64,000 bases of DNA from Candidatus Mediterraneibacter norfolkensis (GCA_019120615.1 DWUT01000013.1:2519-66518), one strand, 5' to 3'; numbered from the stretch's first letter, positions 8,127 to 18,270 are shown. Notes: generated from the sequence alone by a model not told the origin. Numbers and translations are program-made.

Positions 8127-8924
8127 TCATCCTTTCTTTGCATTTATCTGCAGTTCCTGCTCTATATAATTGCGGAGTTTTCTGATCGCTCCTGAGTGGA
8201 GCTGGGAAATCCTCGGCTCACTTACATTCATAACCTGCGCAATCTCCCTCATATTTAATTCTTCGACATAATAGAGGGAAATAATAATCCTTTCTTTCTC
8301 TTTCAGCATCTCAATTCCTTTAACCAGGATCTCTGACATCTCTTTTTTGAGGTAGGTCTCTTCCGGCTGCTGAGCTTCATCAGCCGTCGGAATCTGCGAT
8401 GATCTCTGCTTTTCCTGAGCTTCCATCATAATCATATCAAGGGATACGATGGACAGGAGACTTTTCTTCCCGATAATTTCCTGATATTTTGAATAAGGCA
8501 TCTGCAGATATTCCGCAACTGCCCTCGAATCAGGGGTTTTCCCGTTTTTCACCGTGAGCTCGGCGATAGCGTTATCTATCATTTTCATGTTTTTACGCAC
8601 ATTTCGGGAACCCCATTCCTGTTTCCTGGCAATATCTATGATCATACCACGGATCCTCCGGGACAGGTAAGTCTCAAATTTCGCATTTTTCTGGCTGTCA
8701 TACTTGTCCAGCAGATTCATCAGTGTGATGACTCCCTCCTGGACGATATCTTCTACCTGCGCAAAATTCAGATAAACGTCCCTCATCTGGATCGCGATCA
8801 TCCTCACAACATACATGTATCTTTTGACAAGCTCATGCTTCAGCTCCAGGCTTTGTGTCCGCGCATACTCATCAAGCATTTCTTCATTTGTCATATCTTT
8901 ATATTTGCCGTCAACCTGATTCAT
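8127..8924 (-). CDS. sigD: Flagellar sigma factor sigma-28 (SigD/FliA family)
   Basis: Sigma-70 family regions 2-4, with region 4 HTH LNMREIAQVMNVSEPRISQLHSGAIRKLR. ATG 8924 is preferred (AAAGAGGAAG RBS); the GTG at 8951 used by the ORF track is an alternative. Confidence 0.85.
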   Translation of the reverse strand: MNQVDGKYKDMTNEEMLDEYARTQSLELKHELVKRYMYVVRMIAIQMRDVYLNFAQVEDIVQEGVITLMNLLDKYDSQKNAKFETYLSRRIRGMIIDIARKQEWGSRNVRKNMKMIDNAIAELTVKNGKTPDSRAVAEYLQMPYSKYQEIIGKKSLLSIVSLDMIMMEAQEKQRSSQIPTADEAQQPEETYLKKEMSEILVKGIEMLKEKERIIISLYYVEELNMREIAQVMNVSEPRISQLHSGAIRKLRNYIEQELQINAKKG

Positions 8925-8961
8925 CTTATCTTCCTCTTTCGTGATGCTCACTCACATCATT

Positions 8962-11031
8962 TTACGGTGTGATACTGCCGATCACCTGAATCTGGATATT
9001 GTTTGTCACTTCCTGGAAGGACAGGACATTCAGATCAGGATAGATCGGTTCCAAAAGCTGATAGACATATAAGCGCAGGACCTGGCTTGTAAGCAGGACC
9101 GGCTCTCTGGAAAGCTCGGCGAACTTTTTCATCTCGTTTCCGAGCTGAGTGATCATATTCTGCACTACATCCGGTTTCAGGGAGATCTGAACCCCTGAAT
9201 CTCCGCGGACAAGGCTTTCCACCATCATACGCTCCAGATCCGCATCCAGTGTGATCACATTCATCTGCCCGTCGCGGCAGAACTTCCTCGTTATGGTCCG
9301 TGACAGCGCGCTTCGGACGTTTTCGGTCACTGCGTTTAGATCCGATGTGTTCGGAATGCTGTCCGCCGCGAACTCCACGATGGTCTCCAGATCCTTGATC
9401 GGGATATTCTCCTTCAGCAGACTGACAAGGATCTTCTGAAGAGAACTGTATGACAGGATCCCTGGGATACTGTCCTCCACGAGTTCGGGTGCCGTCTTCT
9501 TCAGACTTTCCACGAGCTGAACCGTCTCCTGACGGCTGAGCAGTTCATATGCATGCCTGCGGACAGTCTCTGAGAGGTGGGTCACCATGACGGAGAGAGG
9601 ATCGATCACTGTATATCCGTATATCTCAGCCATCTCCCTGTTTTCCGGAAGGATCCATTTACTTGGGATGCCGTATGCCGGTTCTATCGTCTCGATTCCG
9701 TCTATCTCTCCGGAAGGCTCAGACGGCTCCAGAGCCAGGTAATAGTCCACAAGGATCTCTCCTCTTGCCACTTCCTCTCCCTTGATCTTTATCCGGTACT
9801 GATTCGTATTCAGGGCGGAACTGTCTCTCAGCCGGATGGACGGGATGACAAGCCCCATCTCCTGAGCGTACTGGCGCCGGAAGATCACGATCCGGTTCAT
9901 CATCTTTCCACCGCTGCCCTCATCCACCAGGGGAATCAGGCTGTACCCGAATTCCATCTCGATGGGCTCAACCCCGATCAGGGAATACACATGGTTGATA
10001 TCCCTGTAGTATTCGTCCGGAGACGTTTCCTGCTGTTCCGCAGCAGCCTTTGCCTGTTCCCGGACCGCCTCCTCTTCCTTCACCGCAGCTTCCCGCATGC
10101 TCTGAGAGAGACGGAAACCGGCAAACAGGAGCACAGCGCCCAGCACAATCAACTGAAGGCGAGGCATCCCCGGTATAAAGACAAGTACAAGAAGAACGAT
10201 ACCTGCAATCATGATCGCTCTCGGCTGAGCCAGGAACTGCTTGGACACATCCTCGTTCAGGCTTCCCTCTGAGACGGATCTGGTAACGATCATACCTGTC
10301 GCTGTAGAAATCAGGAGGGCCGGTATCTGGGATACAAGTCCGTCACCGATCGTAGCGATAGAATAGACCGTAAGAACCTCTGTGAGTTCCATGCCGCCCT
10401 GCAGCATTCCGATGACAGAGCCTCCAACCAGATTGATCACCGTGATCAGGAGGGACATGATGGCATCACCTTTGACGATCTTTGTAGCACCGTCCATCGC
10501 GCCATAGAAGTCCGCCTCCCTCTGGATGTCGGAACGTCGCTTTCTCGCCTGCTCCTCCGTGATCAGTCCGGAACTTAAATCCGCGTCCACGGCCATCTGT
10601 TTTCCGGGCATGGCGTCCAGGGTAAATCTGGCAGCGACCTCAGCCACACGCTCGGCTCCCTTTGTGATAACCAGGAACTGAACGAGGAGGATAATGATAA
10701 ATACGATAAATCCGACAACAGCATTTCCCTGGAGTACAAAATCACCGAACGCCTGAATAACCTGTCCGGCCTGTCCCTGGTTCGTCAGGATGTTTCTGGT
10801 AGAAGAAACGTTAATGCCCAGACGGAACAAGGTGGTCACCAGGAGCAGGGACGGGAAAATTGAAAACTCCAGCGGAGACTTGATATTCATGCTTATAAGC
10901 AGAATAATCATGGATATGGAAATATTTATAATAATCAGTACGTCCAGAAGAAACGGACTTAATGGTATAATCAGCAGTAAAACAATCGTGATCACAAAAA
11001 GTGATACTGCATTGTTCAGTAGTCTTCTCAT
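8962..11031 (-). CDS. flhA: Flagellar type III export gate protein FlhA
   Basis: 689 aa. N-terminal multi-TM region with FHIPEP-type motifs (GDGLVSQIPALLISTATGMIVTR) and a large cytoplasmic C-terminal domain. Confidence 0.95.
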   Translation of the reverse strand: MRRLLNNAVSLFVITIVLLLIIPLSPFLLDVLIIINISISMIILLISMNIKSPLEFSIFPSLLLVTTLFRLGINVSSTRNILTNQGQAGQVIQAFGDFVLQGNAVVGFIVFIIILLVQFLVITKGAERVAEVAARFTLDAMPGKQMAVDADLSSGLITEEQARKRRSDIQREADFYGAMDGATKIVKGDAIMSLLITVINLVGGSVIGMLQGGMELTEVLTVYSIATIGDGLVSQIPALLISTATGMIVTRSVSEGSLNEDVSKQFLAQPRAIMIAGIVLLVLVFIPGMPRLQLIVLGAVLLFAGFRLSQSMREAAVKEEEAVREQAKAAAEQQETSPDEYYRDINHVYSLIGVEPIEMEFGYSLIPLVDEGSGGKMMNRIVIFRRQYAQEMGLVIPSIRLRDSSALNTNQYRIKIKGEEVARGEILVDYYLALEPSEPSGEIDGIETIEPAYGIPSKWILPENREMAEIYGYTVIDPLSVMVTHLSETVRRHAYELLSRQETVQLVESLKKTAPELVEDSIPGILSYSSLQKILVSLLKENIPIKDLETIVEFAADSIPNTSDLNAVTENVRSALSRTITRKFCRDGQMNVITLDADLERMMVESLVRGDSGVQISLKPDVVQNMITQLGNEMKKFAELSREPVLLTSQVLRLYVYQLLEPIYPDLNVLSFQEVTNNIQIQVIGSITP

Positions 11032-11034
11032 AGT

Positions 11035-12096
11035 TTACTCCAATTTGTTTTTCAGACGGTATACATACACAAGGACCTCCGCCACAGCGCCGTAATACTC
11101 TCTCGGAATCTCCCTGTCCAGTTCGGCCGACGCGTAGAGCGACCTCGCGAGAGGTTTGTTCTCGATCACTGTCACGCCGTTTTCTTCCGCCACGCGCACG
11201 ATCCTTAGCGCCAGTTCATCCTGTCCTTTGGCCACGACAACAGGAGCTCCATTGACATTCATATCATACTTAAGGGCAACTGCATAGTGGGTAGGGTTCC
11301 TGATGACCACATCGGCTCCCGGAACCGCCTGCATCATCCTGGACTGGGCACGCTGTCTCTGCATGTTCCTGATCTTGCCCTTGATCTCGGGATTTCCCTC
11401 TGTCTGCTTGATCTCCTCTTTAATCTCCTGCTTGGACATCTTGATCTGTCTCTCGTATTCCCACCACTGATACAGATAATCAAACGCGGCCACTACAGCG
11501 AATACCAGCACTGTCTTCAGCACCATATCCATAGAAAGATTCAGCATAAAGACAGCTGAAACGGCGATATCCATGTCCATTGTCCTGACGACCGCGATAA
11601 AATCTTCCCGAAGCGCCATGTAAAGTATGACACAGAGAATGATGATCTTGAGCATATTCTTTAACAGCTCCACCACATTCCTCAGGGAAAAAAGCTTCTT
11701 AATCCCCTGAAGGGGGCTGATATTCCTCAGTTTGGGCATGAACTTCTTCCCGGTAAAGAGGAACCTGGTCTGAGCCCCGGTAGCCACGATGGCAAGCAGC
11801 ATGCAGATCAGCATGATGGGCAGTGTGGAACTGACAAAAGCGTTGAGAAATTCTCTGAGCACCCTGTTAAGTTCATCCCCCGAAGTGTCGGTCAATCCCC
11901 CGCCCATGGTGATCAGCTCCCTCATAAAGCTGCTGACGGTCTCATAGATAGTCGGAAAAAATATTTTGATCGAATAAAAAGATCCCAGTACACAGACGAC
12001 GGTCACCACGTCAGCGCTGAAGAATATATTTCCTTCTTTTCTCTCGTCCTTCCGCTTTTTGGGAGTGGCTTTTTCTGTTTTTGAATCATCTGCCAA
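11035..12096 (-). CDS. flhB: Flagellar export switch protein FlhB
   Basis: TTG start with GGAG 10 nt upstream. N-terminus MADDSKTEKATPKKRKDERKEGN, 4 TM segments, and the autocleavage site VVIRNPTHYAVAL. Confidence 0.95.
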   Translation of the reverse strand: MADDSKTEKATPKKRKDERKEGNIFFSADVVTVVCVLGSFYSIKIFFPTIYETVSSFMRELITMGGGLTDTSGDELNRVLREFLNAFVSSTLPIMLICMLLAIVATGAQTRFLFTGKKFMPKLRNISPLQGIKKLFSLRNVVELLKNMLKIIILCVILYMALREDFIAVVRTMDMDIAVSAVFMLNLSMDMVLKTVLVFAVVAAFDYLYQWWEYERQIKMSKQEIKEEIKQTEGNPEIKGKIRNMQRQRAQSRMMQAVPGADVVIRNPTHYAVALKYDMNVNGAPVVVAKGQDELALRIVRVAEENGVTVIENKPLARSLYASAELDREIPREYYGAVAEVLVYVYRLKNKLE

Positions 12097-12142
12097 TGTA
12101 TCTCAACTCCTTTTTATGACAGGGCGTCAAAGACACCCTGCG

Positions 12143-12925
12143 TTATCCCGCGATCAGCACGAGCATGCTCTGTATTTCCTGAAGCATCTGTGTGATCAGC
12201 CCCCTCAGATACTCTCCGATGGGAGAGATCAGAAGGATCAGCACGAGGATTCCGATGACGACTTTCAGTTCGATATTGAGAACAAAAAGATTGATCTGCG
12301 GTATGATCTTTGTCAACAGACCTATTGCGATCTCCGTCAGGAATTCGATCGCGATGATGGGAAATGCCAGCTTCATTGCGAGCACAACGCATTCCGTAAA
12401 AAGTGTGACAGCCGCATCCGCCTGAAGCCTTCCGATAACCGCAGCCCCGTAGGGGACCACATCACCCGAGGCAAGAAGGATCCGCATCAATGTCAGGTGT
12501 CCGTCCACCGCAAAAAAAAGAAGCATATAATAGATCTGAAGTACCTGGCCGGTCAGGGCGATCTGCACTCCGTTCTGAGGATCGTATACTGTCGCCATAG
12601 ACAGCCCCATCTGGAAGTCGATCACCGATCCTGCTCCTGTCATGACAAAATCAAAGAGCTGCATGATAAAACCCAACACATATCCGATGCCGAATTCGAT
12701 CAGAAGCATCAGACCGAACTGAACCGAATTCACCGGTTCCGGCAGCTGTGTTCCCGCCGCGTACTCCGCCTGGCAGATGACAACGGTAAGCACCAGAGTC
12801 AGCCCTGTGCGGAACTGGGCGGGTATATTTCCACGTCCGAGCACCGGGTTTAGAAATACAAAACCGGACATGCGCATAAGGACCAGGCAGAAATACATAA
12901 ATTCCGGGGTCCCCGCAATAAGCAT
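12143..12925 (-). CDS. fliR: Flagellar export apparatus protein FliR
   Basis: 260-aa polytopic membrane protein in the conserved fliP-fliQ-fliR-flhB order. GGAGG RBS. Confidence 0.9.
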   Translation of the reverse strand: MLIAGTPEFMYFCLVLMRMSGFVFLNPVLGRGNIPAQFRTGLTLVLTVVICQAEYAAGTQLPEPVNSVQFGLMLLIEFGIGYVLGFIMQLFDFVMTGAGSVIDFQMGLSMATVYDPQNGVQIALTGQVLQIYYMLLFFAVDGHLTLMRILLASGDVVPYGAAVIGRLQADAAVTLFTECVVLAMKLAFPIIAIEFLTEIAIGLLTKIIPQINLFVLNIELKVVIGILVLILLISPIGEYLRGLITQMLQEIQSMLVLIAG

Positions 12926-12935
12926 CGTATTCCTC

Positions 12936-13199
12936 CTATCCTGCGATCATTTCAAAAATCTGAACAGTAAAATCCTGCAGACGCTGCATCATTGTGCCGC
13001 CCGTTATGACCAGGATACAGCCGATCACGATCAGCTTCGGCACAAAAGTAAGCGTCTGCTCATGGATCTGGGTGGCGGCCTGGAGGATCGAAATGATAAC
13101 ACCTATCGCCATACTGATGATCAGAACCGGCGCTCCGATCTGCACCGCCAAAATGAACATCTGATACATCAGGTTATTTATCTCACCGGATGTAAGCAT
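12936..13199 (-). CDS. fliQ: Flagellar export apparatus protein FliQ
   Basis: 87 aa with two TM segments (..VQIGAPVLIISMAIGVIISILQAATQIHEQTLTFVPKL..), a typical FliQ. Confidence 0.95.
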   Translation of the reverse strand: MLTSGEINNLMYQMFILAVQIGAPVLIISMAIGVIISILQAATQIHEQTLTFVPKLIVIGCILVITGGTMMQRLQDFTVQIFEMIAG

Positions 13200-13231
13200 A
13201 ATAGATCAGTCCTTCCTTAGAGCGCAGTGCG

Positions 13232-13897
13232 CTAATAATTAAAACTTGTGATGATCGAGGAGAATAACAGTTCCCATCCATTTACGGTTACAAAGAGCAG
13301 CAGCTTAAACGGAAGCGAGATCGTCGCAGGGGGAAGCATGATCATTCCCATTGACATCAGTACGCTTGCAACGATAATGTCTATCAGAAGGAACGGGATA
13401 AAGATCAGAAATCCCGCCATAAACCCTCTCTCCAGCTCACTGGTCATAAAAGAAGGGATCACTACAGTCATGGGGATGTCCTGAACATCTTCAGGCTGCT
13501 CCTCAATCCCGGCAAAATCCAGAAACAGATTCAGCGTACCCACCTCAGTCTGACGGAGCATGAAATCCTTCATCGGGACCGTAGCGGCGTCCAGCGCCTC
13601 TTCCTGAGTCATTGTTCCCTCCACATAAGGCTGATAGGCGGTCTCGTTGATATCCGAGATCACCGGATTCATGATAAACAGCGTCAGGAACAGTGAAATC
13701 CCCACAAGAACCATGTTCGGAGGAGTCTGCTGGATTCCCAGGGCATTCCTCGTAAACGAAAGAATAATCAATATTCTGGTAAACGACGTCATCATGATCA
13801 AAATAGACGGAAGAAGCATGATAACTGTCATCAGGATCAGAATATCCAGTGTAGGTACGCCGTTCCCGTTTATATTGATCAGCGGATTATTTTCCAT
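13232..13897 (-). CDS. fliP: Flagellar export apparatus protein FliP
   Basis: Start moved to ATG 13897 (GGAAGGAG RBS). The ORF-track N-terminal 44 aa are R-rich and overlap fliO. Conserved SFTRILIILSFTRNALGIQQTPPN motif. Confidence 0.9.
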   Translation of the reverse strand: MENNPLININGNGVPTLDILILMTVIMLLPSILIMMTSFTRILIILSFTRNALGIQQTPPNMVLVGISLFLTLFIMNPVISDINETAYQPYVEGTMTQEEALDAATVPMKDFMLRQTEVGTLNLFLDFAGIEEQPEDVQDIPMTVVIPSFMTSELERGFMAGFLIFIPFLLIDIIVASVLMSMGMIMLPPATISLPFKLLLFVTVNGWELLFSSIITSFNY

Positions 13898-14234
13898 GGT
13901 TTCTCCTTCCTGCTTTCTGGAACAGCTCCCTGAAATTAATCTCCGGGGGCGTCGCAGACGGCTGTCCTGTAAGTGCTTCCGGTTCCTGATCAAGCTCGGC
14001 AAGGAGCGTGATCTGAGACGCGGTAACACCTGCCATATAGACTTTTTCCTCCACTTGTATCAGGACGACAAAGCGGTCCTGAGAAAGAGGAATACGGTCT
14101 ATGATCTTCATATAGCGGGACTGTGGAGAAAAGCTGCCTCCTGAGGCAAGCTTTCTTGTAAACCACCAGGCCGCGAAAAGTACTGCTATGATTACGATCA
14201 GGGTGGAAAAAGCTGTGATAATACCTTCTAACAT
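13887..14234 (-). CDS. fliO: Flagellar biosynthesis protein FliO (FliZ of Bacillus)
   Basis: Start moved to ATG 14234, just downstream of the fliY stop. Single TM (IITAFSTLIVIIAVLFAAWWF). Position between fliY and fliP. Confidence 0.75.
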   Translation of the reverse strand: MLEGIITAFSTLIVIIAVLFAAWWFTRKLASGGSFSPQSRYMKIIDRIPLSQDRFVVLIQVEEKVYMAGVTASQITLLAELDQEPEALTGQPSATPPEINFRELFQKAGRRNHGK

Positions 14235-14241
14235 CCTGTTT

Positions 14242-15471
14242 TTATTCCTCCAACTCGGTCTCGTCCTGGATGATCTCCGTAATTCGGATACCGAAATTAT
14301 CATCCACCACAACAACATCGCCCTTCGCGATGCACTCTCCGTTCACATACAAATCCACAGGCTCTCCCGCGATCCTGTCCAGAACTACAAGAGACCCTTT
14401 GTTGAGCTCCAGGATATCTTTTACCAGTTTTTTTGTCCGCCCGATCTCCACGGACAGTTCAAGCGGCACGCCCATAAGAAGATCCAGGTTCGCTTCCGGT
14501 TCGGACGCAGTGTCAGAGCTTTTCAGCGGAGACATCGGAGCATTTTTCACTGAGATCTGTCTCGGCGCCTGTGCGTTCTGCATCTGTACCATCTGCTGCT
14601 GCATCATCTGCATTGTATTGAGCATCTGCTGCATCACGCTGTCAGAAGGCTGCCCGGACGCCTGAACTGAAGCCGGAGCAGGCTGTGCCTGAGTAACAGT
14701 ATCCTGCACAGGCTGTGCAGCGGCCGATGAAGCAGTGCCGGCCGGGATAACGTTCTCGTTCCCTGAGGGAAGAACTGTTTCTTCTGCCGGGGCAGGCTCT
14801 GTTTTCTGAACTGATTCCGGTACTTCCTGTGCGGACTCACTCCCGCCGCTGGCTGCCTGATTCCCTCTGTCTCCAAGTCCGTCGGGAAAGAAGCCGTCAA
14901 CAAGCTCTCTGGCGAGATCAACCGTCATCAGGTTCATGAACTCGCTCTTCATCTTGTCTTCAATGCTGAGTGTAAACCCGATGACCACCATCGGTTCGTC
15001 AACATCAAAGTATTTTTCTTTAAAAGTATCTTCTCCTTCCACCTCAAAGGCCTGAGGAGTGGAGATATTGACTGCGCGTCCGAACAGTTCAGAAAGCGCC
15101 GTTGCAGACGCTCCCATCATCTGATTCATAACCTCACTGATCGCGCTGACATTCATTTCATTGAGCTCGAATTCTTCGTCCGTAAAACTCATGCCCATCA
15201 GCATCTCAACGATGACCTTTACGTCACTCCGCTTTAAAAGCATGACATTCTTGCCGGAAAGTCCGTCTATGTAGGAAATTTCAACGGCAATAGCAGGCTT
15301 CAGATTGGAAAAAGAAAAATCTTCTTTTTTTACTACACGAACGACAGGGGTGGTAATATCTACCCTCGCGTTAAGCATTGTAGAGACGGCAGTTGCAGAC
15401 GCGCCAAGACTGATATTCAGTATTTCCCCTATGGCATCGATTTCCATAGGACTTAAATTCTTTTCATTCAT
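14242..15471 (-). CDS. fliY: Flagellar motor switch phosphatase FliY (CheC-like domain plus FliN domain)
   Basis: N-terminal CheC-like segment (EIDAIGEILNISLGASATAVSTML), a Q/A/P-rich linker, and a C-terminal FliN/SpoA domain (LELSVEIGRTKKLVKDILELNKGSLVVLDR..DDNFGIRITEI). Confidence 0.9.
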   Translation of the reverse strand: MNEKNLSPMEIDAIGEILNISLGASATAVSTMLNARVDITTPVVRVVKKEDFSFSNLKPAIAVEISYIDGLSGKNVMLLKRSDVKVIVEMLMGMSFTDEEFELNEMNVSAISEVMNQMMGASATALSELFGRAVNISTPQAFEVEGEDTFKEKYFDVDEPMVVIGFTLSIEDKMKSEFMNLMTVDLARELVDGFFPDGLGDRGNQAASGGSESAQEVPESVQKTEPAPAEETVLPSGNENVIPAGTASSAAAQPVQDTVTQAQPAPASVQASGQPSDSVMQQMLNTMQMMQQQMVQMQNAQAPRQISVKNAPMSPLKSSDTASEPEANLDLLMGVPLELSVEIGRTKKLVKDILELNKGSLVVLDRIAGEPVDLYVNGECIAKGDVVVVDDNFGIRITEIIQDETELEE

Positions 15472-15495
15472 CCTTATTCTCTCCTACTTATCAAG

Positions 15496-15942
15496 TTATC
15501 GTCCGATCTCAAGGGCACTCTGCGCCATCTGTCTCGTCGTATTAAATGCCGTGATATTTGCCTGGTAAGCGTGAGATGCAGCCATTGCATCCGCAGTCTC
15601 TTTTACCAGATCGATATTCGGCATCTGCACATAACCATTTGCATCCGCATCCGGATGATCCGGATCGTATACCTGTTTTAAATCAGTCTCATCATCTACT
15701 ACTTCAGCGGCTCTCACGCCGTTGCCTGCCGGGTTAATCTGCTGTCCTGCGGCCGTACTTGCGAGAATCTGGGCGAAAGACGGCTGTTTTGCCTCAAGCA
15801 CTACCATCTTTCTGCGGTATGGTTCACCGTTCTCTGTACGGGTTGTCTCAATATTTGCGATATTGTCCGCGGCCACATCCAGACGAAGACGCTGGGCGGT
15901 CATTCCGCTTCCGCTGATATTCAGTGTGCTTAAAAAAGACAT
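15496..15942 (-). CDS. flgC: Flagellar basal-body rod protein FlgC (displaced from flgB)
   Basis: 148 aa. LNISGSGMTAQRLRLDVAADNIANIETTRT..GEPYRRKMVV..DPDADANGYVQMPNIDLVKE..SHAYQANI..ALEIGR is collinear with FlgC. Confidence 0.9.
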   Translation of the reverse strand: MSFLSTLNISGSGMTAQRLRLDVAADNIANIETTRTENGEPYRRKMVVLEAKQPSFAQILASTAAGQQINPAGNGVRAAEVVDDETDLKQVYDPDHPDADANGYVQMPNIDLVKETADAMAASHAYQANITAFNTTRQMAQSALEIGR

Positions 15943-15960
15943 ATAACTCTCTCCTTCCGC

Positions 15961-16320
15961 TTATCCGATAATATTTGAAACTGTACTCAGGATTCTGTCC
16001 GGTTTGAACGGTTTTACGATAAAGTCCTTAGCGCCTGATTTGATCGCTTCAATGACCATGCTCTCCTGGCCCATGGCAGAACACATGACAACCTGAGCGT
16101 CAGCGTCCTCCTGCTTGATTGCCTTTAAAGCTTCCAGGCCGTCCATATTAGGCATGGTGATATCCATGATCACAAGATCCGGACGGATCGACTTGAATTT
16201 TTCCAGGGCCTCCGCTCCGTCAACCGCTTCCTCAACATCGGTGTAACCGCCCTTTGCCAGAGCATCTTTTACCATCATTCTCATAAATGCCGCATCATCA
16301 ACAATTAATATTTTAGCCAT
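15961..16320 (-). CDS. cheY: Chemotaxis response regulator CheY
   Basis: 119-aa single receiver domain (ILIVDDAAFMR..LVIMDITMPNMDG..FIVKPF). Confidence 0.95.
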   Translation of the reverse strand: MAKILIVDDAAFMRMMVKDALAKGGYTDVEEAVDGAEALEKFKSIRPDLVIMDITMPNMDGLEALKAIKQEDADAQVVMCSAMGQESMVIEAIKSGAKDFIVKPFKPDRILSTVSNIIG

Positions 16321-16365
16321 TTTAAAGTCCTCTCTTTTTCTTAAAATTTTATTGACACAGCAGAA

Positions 16366-17433
16366 TTACTCTGCCGGTACTGACACAATATCTTCTTTCT
16401 CTTTTTCCTCTGCGCTCTCCTCGTCCGTCACTTTGTCCAACCGGCCGCTCACAAGTACTGCAGAGTTCTTTTTTAAAGTTCCAAGCGTTCCGGAAAACCA
16501 TTGTTTTCCTCCGATTAACAATTCGATCTCTGACCCGCTCTGTTTTCCCAGATCGATCACGTCTCCCGGTCTCAGATCGCGGATATCCTGTACGGATACC
16601 TCACTCTTGCCCAGACTGGCCTGTACGGTCAGAGACGACCTTGTAATTTTCGATAATATGGTGTTCCTGCTGTCAATTTCGTCTACCTCATTTATGTCAG
16701 CTCTGTGCTTACTGGAATCAATAATGGCAAACATCTCTGAAAGCAGCATTCTTGGGAAACAAACAGTGATCTTTCCCTCTGTTGATCCCGTGACAATATT
16801 GAGAATGATAATGGCGATCGTCTCATCCAGACTGATCTCCTGGAACAGGCTGGGATTCTCCTCTAAAGCCACACTCTCAGTTTCCAGATGTATATAGCTG
16901 GCCCATGCATCCAGCGTAAAATCCAAAAAGTATCCCATGATCTTCTGATAAAGGGAAAGCTCGATATCTGTATAGCTGTAACTGCTGTCAACGCCTTCCA
17001 TATCCGAACCGTCCCCACCCAGGAGCCGGTCAATCATGCTCAGCATCGGCGCCTGGCTGATGTGCACCAGAACAGGCGGTTTCTTGCTGACCCCCGGAAG
17101 TTTCAGCGACTGCGTGATAAAGATGTCATTCTCGCTCAGCGCATTGCTGAATTCGTAGAACCTTTGTTCCTCTACCGCCAGAACCCCCAGTTCACAGTTG
17201 ATCCGCAGGATACCGTTAAGGCGGGAGGATGCGATCCTGGAATAATTGTCGTAAATACCCTTCAGCAGTTTTATCTTATCTTTTGTTATCTTTTTCGGAC
17301 TGTAGAAATCATATTTGCGGTACTTTTTCTCCTCTTTCCCGCTGTCCTCCTTTTTCTGAGACTTCCCTCCGCTCCGCATTTCTTTCATCAGAGCGTCGAT
17401 CTGACTCTGTGACAATACTTCTGCCATGTTCAT
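16366..17433 (-). CDS. fliM: Flagellar motor switch protein FliM
   Basis: 355 aa. N-terminal CheY-P binding peptide (LSQSQIDALM), then KYDFYSPKKI and a C-terminal SpoA-like domain. Confidence 0.95.
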   Translation of the reverse strand: MNMAEVLSQSQIDALMKEMRSGGKSQKKEDSGKEEKKYRKYDFYSPKKITKDKIKLLKGIYDNYSRIASSRLNGILRINCELGVLAVEEQRFYEFSNALSENDIFITQSLKLPGVSKKPPVLVHISQAPMLSMIDRLLGGDGSDMEGVDSSYSYTDIELSLYQKIMGYFLDFTLDAWASYIHLETESVALEENPSLFQEISLDETIAIIILNIVTGSTEGKITVCFPRMLLSEMFAIIDSSKHRADINEVDEIDSRNTILSKITRSSLTVQASLGKSEVSVQDIRDLRPGDVIDLGKQSGSEIELLIGGKQWFSGTLGTLKKNSAVLVSGRLDKVTDEESAEEKEKEDIVSVPAE

Positions 17434-17469
17434 CCTCCTACGAATATGCGGCCTGCGACGCCGCGGTAT

Positions 17470-18270
17470 TTATTCAGCACCGGATCCACCGGGATTTCCT
17501 GTCTGTGTATCCTGGTAGAGATTCGCATCGGGCTGCATAGCGGCCACATCCTGGCCATATACTTCCGAATAGTACTCTGTCAGGCTCTTCATCACAGCTT
17601 CGTCATTCGTGATCAGGATTTCCACACGGCGGTTCCTGCTTCTGCCCTCGGGGGTATTGATATCCGCAATGGGCCGGAACTGTCCGAATCCGAGGCTGAC
17701 AAGCCTTGCCGGATCGATCACGTTTTTCTGCTGGATATACGCGGCGACCTGAGCCGCTCGCTCCGAGGAAAGCATCCGGTCCTCCACCACGTTCAGGTGG
17801 TCCGGCACCTCTGTTGTATGGCCGAGTACCTGTATCTCATGAATCTCCTCAGACGCAGGCTCGATCGCCTGACAGAAAGCATCAAGTACAGCGCGTCCGT
17901 TTTCTGTCACGCTGTAGCTGTCTGCCTCAAAGAAAACTTCGTCGCTGAAAGAGATAAAATTATAGCCGTCGCCCTGAATGACGTCCACATTTGCGTCCAG
18001 ACCCATGGCTTCGAATTGGCTCCTGAGATTCTCGTACATCGTCTCGATCGCGGCATTCTGTGCCTGCTGCTCCGCGGCTTCGGCGCTCCGCATCTCCTGA
18101 AGCTCTTCCGCCATCTCCGGATTCACGCTGGCGACAAGATTCTGATATTTGTTCTGATCAACAGAGGAGATGGCGTAGAGGAGGACGAAAAAGCACAGAA
18201 GCAGTGTGACCATATCTCCGTAAGTGTCCATCCATGAACCGCCGTCTGCTCCTTTTCTCTGTTTTTTCAT
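17470..18270 (-). CDS. motB: Flagellar stator protein MotB
   Basis: N-terminus GSWMDTYGDMVTLLLCFFVLLY with the conserved Asp, and a C-terminal OmpA-like domain (..RSRNRRVEILI). Confidence 0.9.
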   Translation of the reverse strand: MKKQRKGADGGSWMDTYGDMVTLLLCFFVLLYAISSVDQNKYQNLVASVNPEMAEELQEMRSAEAAEQQAQNAAIETMYENLRSQFEAMGLDANVDVIQGDGYNFISFSDEVFFEADSYSVTENGRAVLDAFCQAIEPASEEIHEIQVLGHTTEVPDHLNVVEDRMLSSERAAQVAAYIQQKNVIDPARLVSLGFGQFRPIADINTPEGRSRNRRVEILITNDEAVMKSLTEYYSEVYGQDVAAMQPDANLYQDTQTGNPGGSGAE

